From positions 1 to 10,688 of IMG/VR virus record IMGVR_UViG_2778261676_000006: a stretch of 10,688 bases of DNA, one strand, 5' to 3'. Below the pieces are notes generated by a model. That model made no database searches. It saw only the letters and a list, made by a program, of their open reading frames with translations, and was not told where the DNA came from. The stretch's first letter is position 1. Every line of letters starts with the position of its first letter. Made by a program: the position numbers and the translations under genes. Of the stretch, positions 1 through 5,993 are shown piece after piece. Origin of the DNA: a virus (taxonomy: Duplodnaviria > Heunggongvirae > Uroviricota > Caudoviricetes).

Positions 1-996
1 TTATGGACGCATTATGGACATTCCTGACACCGGGTTAAGAGTCACAGCATCTTGTAAGAAATCCGGTGCAAAGTGTGCGTAGGTCATAGTTTGCTGAATG
101 TTAGAATGACCCAGGATGCGCTGCAATGTGATTATGTTACCTCCATTCATTATAAAATGTGTGGCAAATGTATGCCTCAAAACATGTACTGCTTGTCCGT
201 CAGGTAAATCGGGTTTTACTTCCCTGAGAGCGTTACGCACTTTGTAGTAACTGGCATTAAAAAGCCTGCCTGAATTTTTGGTCTTGATCCGTTTAATCAG
301 GTCCTGCGAAACGGGAATTGTCCTGCGTTTTCCGTTTTTAGTTTTCATAAACGTAACCATCTGGTTAATGATGTGTTCAGCTTTTAAATTAGCCACTTCA
401 CTCCAGCGTCCACCAGTAGAAAGGCAGACCAGAGTTGCATTTAATTCATCACCATCAAGCATGGATAACAGCCGCGTAATCTCTTCACTGGACAAAAAAG
501 CCATTTCCGTAACAGCTTCACGTAACCGTTTAATCTCACGGAACGGGTTGTGAGAGTGGTATTCACCGGCGTCAATTAACTTGGTGAACATCCCACTCAT
601 TATTGCCAGATGTCGATTTACGCTGGCTGGTTTTAGACCATCGTTCATCATTACAACGCGATAATCAGTTATCGTTTTCTTTGTTAGCTGGTCAGCTCTG
701 GACACTCCCATTTCTGCAAATTTGGCGATTATTGTCGTTAAACGCCCCCGTTCAATATCTCCACGCTCATGTGATTTTCCGTGATATATCCACCATCTGC
801 CTAACAACTCTGTAAGAGTTCGGCGGTCGGCTGGTTTCTCCAACCACTCTTTGTTGTGGTAGTTAACCAGTACATGACGTTCGAATGCTTGAGCTTCACC
901 TTTAGTTTTAAATTTCCGCCTGATACGTTTTCCATCTGCACCCTGCGGTCTGACGTCCACTTCATAACGACCATCATCGAGCTTTTTAATAGACAT
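1..996 (-). CDS. int: P2-type tyrosine integrase (site-specific recombinase, phage integrase family)
   Basis: 331-aa ORF. C-terminal catalytic box HVLRHTFATHF...LQRILGHSNIQQTMTYAHF (conserved R/H/R/Y pattern of tyrosine recombinases). N-terminus MSIKKLDDGRYEVDVRP matches P2 Int as I recall it. Lies directly downstream of the repressor on the same strand, as in P2. Confidence 0.9.
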   Translation of the reverse strand: MSIKKLDDGRYEVDVRPQGADGKRIRRKFKTKGEAQAFERHVLVNYHNKEWLEKPADRRTLTELLGRWWIYHGKSHERGDIERGRLTTIIAKFAEMGVSRADQLTKKTITDYRVVMMNDGLKPASVNRHLAIMSGMFTKLIDAGEYHSHNPFREIKRLREAVTEMAFLSSEEITRLLSMLDGDELNATLVCLSTGGRWSEVANLKAEHIINQMVTFMKTKNGKRRTIPVSQDLIKRIKTKNSGRLFNASYYKVRNALREVKPDLPDGQAVHVLRHTFATHFIMNGGNIITLQRILGHSNIQQTMTYAHFAPDFLQDAVTLNPVSGMSIMRP

Positions 997-1089
997 AAAG
1001 CCCTCCGATGACGCTGTTAACTTCTACTACTTGAAAATTAATGCAATTTTCTTTCGTACATTTACTACACACATATGCTGAATAAATCG

Positions 1090-1389
1090 TCAGCCAGTCT
1101 TCTGGTCTGAGTGGTGCAAGGTTGTTGAGTCTTGCCCAATGTGTGCGAGAGCCGGGGCTATTTGTCCAGCTGCTGGATCTGTTTCATCAAACATGAACCA
1201 GTCACGATACTTGCGAAAGCGTGGATGCTTAAACAGCTTCATACCTGCTTCCATAGGCATTTTTGATTTTCCTGATTCATATCCATGATATGTGTAGTAA
1301 TTAATTCCAATTAATTCAGCAAGTTCCTTAGTTTTAAGGCGTTCGGATTCACGGATGAGCTTTAGTTTCTCACTTTGTTCACTTGACAT
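1090..1389 (-). CDS. C: P2 C-type immunity repressor (small HTH repressor)
   Basis: The track ORF 1090..1407 uses a TTG start. The internal ATG at 1389 gives 99 aa (MSSEQSEKLKLIRESE...), the length of P2 C. The C-terminal half GQIAPALAHIGQDSTTLHHSDQKTG closely resembles the P2 C C-terminus as I recall it. HTH-like segment LKTKELAELIGINYYTYHGYESG. Sits between int and the divergent cox gene. Confidence 0.75.
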   Translation of the reverse strand: MSSEQSEKLKLIRESERLKTKELAELIGINYYTYHGYESGKSKMPMEAGMKLFKHPRFRKYRDWFMFDETDPAAGQIAPALAHIGQDSTTLHHSDQKTG

Positions 1390-1407
1390 AATTTTGCTAA
1401 TCTCCAA

Positions 1408-1482
1408 TTATATTGTTACTTGGCAATTTGTGATTCACTCAAAAAGGCTCTAGATGGCTCCAGTTGGTGAATCGCAAATCTT
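1408..1482. promoter_or_regulatory. Divergent early promoter/operator region (Pc/Pe-like) between C and cox
   Basis: 75-bp AT-rich spacer between divergent genes. A TATAAT hexamer reads on the minus strand at about 1407-1412 (plus strand attata). Direct repeat aGGCTC / tGGCTC at about 1445-1450 and 1455-1460 (10-bp periodicity) flanks a TAGAT -10-like element on the plus strand, reminiscent of the direct-repeat operators bound by P2-family C repressors. Confidence 0.4.
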
Positions 1483-1497
1483 ATGGAGGATAGCAAA

Positions 1498-1854
1498 GTG
1501 ACGACAAATGTAGAAATTTCTTGTCCAACTAGCGATGAGGCAAGTTTCGAAAATGAAGCCAAACGTAAAAGCATTCAGATTTCAGAGCGCCCATCTGATT
1601 TGCTGTCGAAAGAAGGTTTTGCTCTTTACATCGGTAAGACACCACGCGCGGTGGCTGAAATGGCTAAAGCAGGAAAGCTGCCAGCCTTCTACATGACAGA
1701 CCCATTAAAACCAAGAGGGAAAGCTGAATTATGGATTAATCGCCGTGAGTGGGACAAGTACGCAGCCCAACTGGTTGATGAAGCTCCGACAGAATGGCAT
1801 GACTGGAAAAATCGCATTAGTTACAGCAAATCAAGACATGGCCGTGCGGCTTAA
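1498..1854 (+). CDS. cox: Cox-like excisionase / early-promoter regulator
   Basis: Track ORF 1483..1854. GGAGGA at 1485-1490 followed 7 nt later by in-frame GTG 1498 suggests the real start. Segment GKTPRAVAEMAKAGKLPAFYMTDP resembles the winged-helix core of P2 Cox (GKLPVIDMTDP as recalled). First gene transcribed divergently from C. Confidence 0.6.
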   Translation: MTTNVEISCPTSDEASFENEAKRKSIQISERPSDLLSKEGFALYIGKTPRAVAEMAKAGKLPAFYMTDPLKPRGKAELWINRREWDKYAAQLVDEAPTEWHDWKNRISYSKSRHGRAA

Positions 1855-2035
1855 GGTGGAAAGGATGAACGAGCCTCGTTGTATTGCTCTGTTATTGCGT
1901 AACGAAAGCCCCAGGGCGATTGACTTCACCATCACCCACGGGAAGGGACGCAAGGGAATCATTATCCGTACCAAAAAACAGAGTCCGTTAAAAAAGGCTC
2001 TGACCTTTCTGAAAAGCCGGAGGGTCTGGAAATGA
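1799..2035 (+). CDS. Small early-region protein (P2 orf78-like position), start uncertain
   Basis: Open frame 1745..2035 ends with ATGA overlap into gene B. Candidate starts are ATG 1799 (78 aa), ATG 1838, or ATG 1865 (preceded by AAGGTGGA, the best SD). The stop is firm; the start is not resolvable from sequence alone. Confidence 0.35.
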   Translation: MTGKIALVTANQDMAVRLKVERMNEPRCIALLLRNESPRAIDFTITHGKGRKGIIIRTKKQSPLKKALTFLKSRRVWK

Positions 2036-2532
2036 CAGTGATGACGCTTAACCTCGTCGAAAAACAGCCAGCAGCCATGCGCCGGATAATTGGTAAGCAT
2101 CTGGCCGTCCCTCGCTGGCAGGAGACATGTGATTATTATAATCAGATGATGGAACGCGAACGGCTAACGGTTTGCTTTCATGCGCAGTTAAAACAGCGTC
2201 ACGCAACGATGCGTTTTGAAGAAATGAATGACGTCGAACGTGAACGGCTGGTTTGTGCAATTGATGAACTGCGTGGGGCATTCTCAAAACGCCGTCAGGT
2301 TGGCGCAAGTGAGTATGCATATATTAGTTTTTTAACAGTCAGTCAGCGTCGCACTTTATTTATGCACGCACGACTGACAGAAAAAGAATTTAACCAGCCA
2401 TACTGGCGAATTAATGAGGAATCATGTTACTGGCGTGATGCTTTATTCCGTGCATTACGTGAATTATTCAGCCTGTTTGAGTATGCACCGACAATTCTGA
2501 CGTCGGTAAAACCAGAGCAATATCTGCATTAA
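2032..2532 (+). CDS. B: Replication gene B protein (P2 gpB family, DnaB helicase loader)
   Basis: 166-aa ORF; the sequence MT.MTLNLVEKQPAAMRRIIGKHLAVPRWQ...FEYAPTILTSVKPEQYLH matches P2 B protein as I recall it, and the length is the same. SD GGAGGG lies upstream; the start overlaps the upstream stop (ATGA). Confidence 0.85.
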   Translation: MTVMTLNLVEKQPAAMRRIIGKHLAVPRWQETCDYYNQMMERERLTVCFHAQLKQRHATMRFEEMNDVERERLVCAIDELRGAFSKRRQVGASEYAYISFLTVSQRRTLFMHARLTEKEFNQPYWRINEESCYWRDALFRALRELFSLFEYAPTILTSVKPEQYLH

Positions 2533-2552
2533 ATAATTAACCAGAGTTTTTA

Positions 2553-2581
2553 ACGCACTTAATCGTGCGGGGCTTCTTTTT
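2553..2581 (+). terminator. Weak hairpin plus T-tract between B and the next ORF (possible attenuator)
   Basis: cgcac-ttaatc-gtgcg 5-bp stem followed by gggcttcttttt. Short stem and interrupted T-run, so weak at best. Confidence 0.2.
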
Positions 2582-2595
2582 GCCTGGAGAAAGTC

Positions 2596-2820
2596 ATGCA
2601 TACAGTTTCTGAAAATCAGTGCGGTAAATACGCATTACTGCTGCAACAGGCCAGAACCGAAGCACAGGCCGACGCTGCGACGCGCTTTTCTTCTCATCTT
2701 GACGCCATGATTCGCCATATCACAAAGGCGGAGTTATCCCGCGTGGAGATAGTCGAGCTGCTCAGTCAGGAGTCGGAAAAATTTCACAATATCGGATTGT
2801 CTCGCGGGGAGGTGCTTTGA
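2596..2820 (+). CDS. Hypothetical early-region protein (P2 orf80-like position)
   Basis: 74-aa ORF with SD GGAGA upstream of ATG 2596; same strand and spacing as the small ORFs between B and A in P2-like phages. Confidence 0.65.
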   Translation: MHTVSENQCGKYALLLQQARTEAQADAATRFSSHLDAMIRHITKAELSRVEIVELLSQESEKFHNIGLSRGEVL

Positions 2821-3119
2821 TGTCCTGTTCTCATTCAATTGTATTACTGAATAACGCCTTAAAAATCGCCGTTATGAAAAATGGCGATTTATCTCTTATT
2901 CAACTTTGTCTTGATAAAGAAAAACGCGACATAACTGAATCTGTTATCGCGATTTATCAGAATGAATTAAACCTCCTGTCTGATATGGTCAATTTACTTG
3001 TTAAACGCGCTGTGTTCCACAAGCAAATTTCCTCAGTGGATGAACTGACAAAATTAACGACAGAACTCGCCAGTTATTGCGCTGATGTATCCAGGAAACT
3101 TAACGATAAAAGGAGCTGA
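2820..3119 (+). CDS. Hypothetical early-region protein (P2 orf81-like position)
   Basis: Track ORF starts at TTG 2817; ATG 2820 overlaps the upstream stop (TGATG), with SD GGGAGG upstream. About 99 aa. Confidence 0.65.
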   Translation: MSCSHSIVLLNNALKIAVMKNGDLSLIQLCLDKEKRDITESVIAIYQNELNLLSDMVNLLVKRAVFHKQISSVDELTKLTTELASYCADVSRKLNDKRS

Positions 3120-3121
3120 TA

Positions 3122-3223
3122 ATGCCGGACAACGTAGATTTTATTCAGGAACAACAGGCTGAATTACTGGAGCGCCAGATTAACGCGGCAAGGGTAAAAC
3201 ATTGCGGTGTTTCTGCGCTGGTT
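3122..3223 (+). pseudogene. 5' fragment of orf82-like gene (probable TraR/DksA-type zinc-finger protein), truncated at a deletion junction
   Basis: Good SD (AAAGGAG) and ATG 3122. The N-terminus MPDNVDFIQEQQAELLERQINAARVKHCG looks like the start of a TraR/DksA-like small protein, but the C4 zinc-finger cysteines never appear. After about codon 34 the frame continues as an out-of-frame reading of gene A sequence up to 3538. Confidence 0.45.
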
Positions 3224-3993
3224 ACCGTGAACTACGCAAATTGCCTCGCGGCGTCAGCATTGCTGATGAGTTTGACGAGCGCGTCGAGGCTGCACGCGCC
3301 GCCGCAGACAGTGGTGATTTTGCGCTGTATATCAGCGCGCAGGGCGGGGCAAATGTCCCGCGCGATTGTCAGACTGTCAGGGTCGCCCGTAGTCCGTCGG
3401 ATGACGTTAACGAGTACGAGGAAGAAGTCGAGAGAGTGGTCGGCATTTACGCGCCGCATCTCGGCGCGCGTCATATTCATATCACCAGAACCACGGACTG
3501 GCGCATTGTGCCGAAAGTGCCGGTCATTGAGCCTTTGACTTTAAAAAGCGGCATCGCCGCGCCTCGGAGTCCTGTCAATAACTGTGGAAAGCTCACCGGT
3601 GGTGATACTTCGTCACCGGCTCCCACGCCTTCTGAACACGCCGCAGCAGTGCTTAATCTGGTTGATGATGGTGTTATCGAATGGAATGACCCGGAGGTCG
3701 TGAGGGCGCTCAGGGGTGCATTAAAACACGACCTGAGAACGCCAAACCGTCAGCAAAGAAACGGAAGCCCGTTAAAACCACATGAAATTGCACCATCGGC
3801 CAGACTGACCCGGTCGGAAAGAATGCAAATTACCCGTATCCGCGTTGACCTTACTCAGAACGGTATCAGGCCGCAGCGATGGGAGCTTGAGGCGCTGGCG
3901 CGTGGCGCGACCGTAAATTATGACGGGAAAAAATTCACGTATCCGGTCGCTGATGAGTGGCCGGGATTCTCAACAGTAATGGAGTGGAAATGA
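3221..3993 (+). pseudogene. A: 3' fragment (about 258 codons) of P2-type replication initiator gene A, lacking the N-terminal two-thirds
   Basis: The 263-aa open frame has no credible start (opens at TTG 3202 inside the orf82 frame; no SD or ATG near its 5' end). The sequence ...YRELRKLPRGVSIADEFDERVEAARAAADSGDFALYISAQGG...TVMEWK matches the C-terminal region of P2 gpA as I recall it. Full-length A is about 760 aa. Confidence 0.7.
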
Positions 3994-4445
3994 TGGCAAA
4001 AATTCACGAGGTAAAGCTGCACGCAAAATATTTTGACCTTGTGCTGGAAGGAAAGAAACGCGCAGAGTTTCGGAAAAATGACCGTAATTATGAGCGCGGG
4101 GACACGTTGATTTTGCATGAATGGGTGCAGGGTGTGTATACGGGGCGAAAGGTTGAAGCCCGGATAACAGATGTTACTGACTTGTCAGACTGGCTGGAAG
4201 ATTATGTCTTGCTAAGTATTGAGCTGCTTAATACAGGCGCATATGAGTTTGTGAACTGGAAAGAACTTAGTGAGCGTGGTCTGGTATTCAGAATTAATCA
4301 TGAAATTATGCATCAGCTCGGCCTTGCTGTTGTGTATGAACCAGAGACGGGGATGTCTGGCGGGGCAGTGGTTGGTGCGGATGGGATATGGAACTATTCA
4401 GATGAACAGGTGGAGCGTGCACAGCAAAACGGGTGGCTTGGATAA
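3990..4445 (+). CDS. ASCH/DUF3850-like (PUA-fold) protein
   Basis: Track ORF 3957..4445; ATG 3990 overlaps the stop of the A fragment (ATGA). N-terminal KIHEVKLHAKYFDLVLEGKKRAEFRKNDRNYERGDTLILHEW resembles ASCH/DUF3850 domains common in phage early regions. Confidence 0.65.
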   Translation: MMAKIHEVKLHAKYFDLVLEGKKRAEFRKNDRNYERGDTLILHEWVQGVYTGRKVEARITDVTDLSDWLEDYVLLSIELLNTGAYEFVNWKELSERGLVFRINHEIMHQLGLAVVYEPETGMSGGAVVGADGIWNYSDEQVERAQQNGWLG

Positions 4446-4651
4446 TGCACAGAATACCAGGCGAGATACCGCAGCATAAAACTAAAAATATCAAGCTGAT
4501 GGCCATTGTTCACCGTCTACAGCAGATTATGGTCAACGAAAATCTGACGCCCGATGAGCTAGTCGGGTGTGCCGAAATAGTCCGGGATAATTACGTATGG
4601 CTTAACTATATCGGTCAGCCCAGCGCTGCACCGCCACCACGCAGACGATAG
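4445..4651 (+). CDS. Hypothetical small protein (68 aa)
   Basis: ATG 4445 overlaps the upstream stop (TAATG); GC-rich like the phage backbone. No recognisable motifs. Confidence 0.4.
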   Translation: MHRIPGEIPQHKTKNIKLMAIVHRLQQIMVNENLTPDELVGCAEIVRDNYVWLNYIGQPSAAPPPRRR

Positions 4652-4840
4652 AGAACGCAGCCAGCTCAGGATTGGCGGGGGATAGAATAACGAGCATAGT
4701 GATGCGATTAGACAAACAGACTGACTGGTACACTTAGGATGGTTATAGTGGTTTCTAAGTGCTTTAGCGATACATCTGGTGGACTGTTTTACCAACCTCA
4801 GAGTTAGCTGAATTTTTAACAAAATACCATTTTGATAGAT

Positions 4841-4869
4841 TTGCCTAATTTATTAATTAAACTATACTG
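4841..4869 (+). promoter_or_regulatory. Candidate sigma70-like promoter for the + strand cargo operon
   Basis: TTGCCT (about 4841-4846), 16-nt spacer, TATACT (about 4863-4868), in an AT-rich stretch about 90 bp upstream of ATG 4960. Confidence 0.3.
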
Positions 4870-4959
4870 GACTTATACACAGTGTTCTGTTAATTGTTAG
4901 GTTGGTAAGATATTGTGAGGAGGTGATTACTATCTTGGCATCAATCAAGTGGAGGTTAA

Positions 4960-5196
4960 ATGATGAATATATTTGAACGTATTATAGGTAAAGCTGCTAT
5001 TGAAAAGGAAAGAGAACTGGCGAGGAGGCTTGAAGCATCTGGAACAAACACTGTTGAGGTGGTAGGTCGAGGCGCGATTATCACGTCTAAAGAAGACTTG
5101 GCAAGCTCAGATACAGTAAAATTGATGAAAATTAAAGCAAGAAAAATAGTTTCTGAGCAGGTAAAGCAAGAAGAAAAAATGGCTAAAGGGAATTAA
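4960..5196 (+). CDS. Small charged soluble protein (78 aa), first gene of a two-gene cargo operon
   Basis: GGAGG at 4951-4955 precedes ATG 4960/4963. Lysine/glutamate-rich, no TM segment. The stop is 2 nt before the start of the next gene. Low GC. Confidence 0.6.
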   Translation: MMNIFERIIGKAAIEKERELARRLEASGTNTVEVVGRGAIITSKEDLASSDTVKLMKIKARKIVSEQVKQEEKMAKGN

Positions 5197-5198
5197 TA

Positions 5199-5960
5199 AT
5201 GTTTGCTTTATTAATTATTCCATTACTTGTGAGTGGTTATATTGTATTAACCACTCATCCTTATCATTTCTATAGATTACACCGTTATGATGGGCAGTTG
5301 TTATATATGAAGTCAGCCGCCTTTGGTCTGTGGTGTTTTATATGGACATTGATTATAGCTTACTTAATAAAATGGATATGTCCGAGCTTCCATCCTGTCA
5401 CGATGGTTCGGGAACAATTAGATCTCAAACTTAGTGACAATGGTACTGAAAGAATCATAGGATGGATGATTTTACTTTCATGTGGAACGATATTTTTGGC
5501 TTGGATATGGAGTGTCGGTGCTAGATATTTGGTTATATATAGAGCTAAAATTATAAATTATATCCAAGGGGTAAAGGCTGCCAATATTGATTATGAGAAT
5601 CTTGTCATGCTAAGGATGAGGCAAGAGCTTATTAATGATAATCCAATGGATGAAATATTTTTTGATTCGTTAGTTGATAGACGTTCAATACTTATTACGT
5701 TGCAAAATAAAAAGACATATGTAGGAATTGTTAACGCATTAGGTGAGCCTAACGAGAAAGAAGGACCTAACCAGTATGTTTCAATCTATCCTATTATCTC
5801 TGGGTATAGAGATAAGGATTCATTGAAAGTAATCTTGGTGAATGAATATAGAGAGCTTGAGGATGCTGATACTAGTATCATCTTTCCACTAAAAGAAATT
5901 TCGCAAGTTTCTTGGTTTGATATGGATATTCATAAAATAGTTGAAAATAATAAGGTGTAG
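5199..5960 (+). CDS. Predicted integral membrane protein (3 N-terminal TM helices plus a soluble C-terminal domain of about 145 aa)
   Basis: 253-aa ORF. Hydrophobic segments FALLIIPLLVSGYIVL, AAFGLWCFIWTLIIAYLIKWI and IIGWMILLSCGTIFLAWIWSV. SD AAAGGGAA upstream; tightly coupled to the upstream gene. Low GC. Confidence 0.7.
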   Translation: MFALLIIPLLVSGYIVLTTHPYHFYRLHRYDGQLLYMKSAAFGLWCFIWTLIIAYLIKWICPSFHPVTMVREQLDLKLSDNGTERIIGWMILLSCGTIFLAWIWSVGARYLVIYRAKIINYIQGVKAANIDYENLVMLRMRQELINDNPMDEIFFDSLVDRRSILITLQNKKTYVGIVNALGEPNEKEGPNQYVSIYPIISGYRDKDSLKVILVNEYRELEDADTSIIFPLKEISQVSWFDMDIHKIVENNKV

Positions 5961-5963
5961 TAA

Positions 5964-5988
5964 ATGGTCACCTATAAAAGGTGACCAT
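5964..5988. terminator. Bidirectional intrinsic terminator between the convergent cargo operons
   Basis: Perfect 9-bp inverted repeat ATGGTCACC-tataaaa-GGTGACCAT, followed by a T-run on the + strand (ttattttt) and flanked by an A-rich stretch (T-rich on the - strand). Sits exactly between the stop at 5960 (+) and the stop at 5994 (-). Confidence 0.55.
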
Positions 5989-5993
5989 AATGC

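Noticed and set aside
1745-1798. N-terminal extension of the 96-aa ORF after cox
   Set aside because: Embedded in the cox reading frame with no SD; the gene more likely starts at an internal ATG (1799, 1838 or 1865).
2048-2320. 90-aa minus-strand ORF inside gene B, and 82-aa minus-strand ORF at 3232..3480 inside the A fragment
   Set aside because: Antisense to well-supported genes, no SD, composition typical of shadow frames in GC-rich coding DNA.
3122-3538. Full 138-aa ORF starting at the orf82-like ATG
   Set aside because: After about codon 34 it is an out-of-frame translation of gene A sequence (Ala/Arg/Ser-rich, no motifs); it is an artefact of the deletion junction rather than a real product.
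4270-4822. ORFs 4270..4479 (+), 4306..4506 (-) and 4559..4822 (-)
   Set aside because: They overlap better-supported genes in other frames or on the opposite strand, or run through the intergenic region without translation signals.
4917-4975. Second strong SD (GAGGAGGTGA) about 35 nt upstream of the cargo operon with a possible 13-codon TTG-initiated leader ORF
   Set aside because: Too short and uses a TTG start with long spacing; more likely incidental purine-rich sequence in the 5' UTR.
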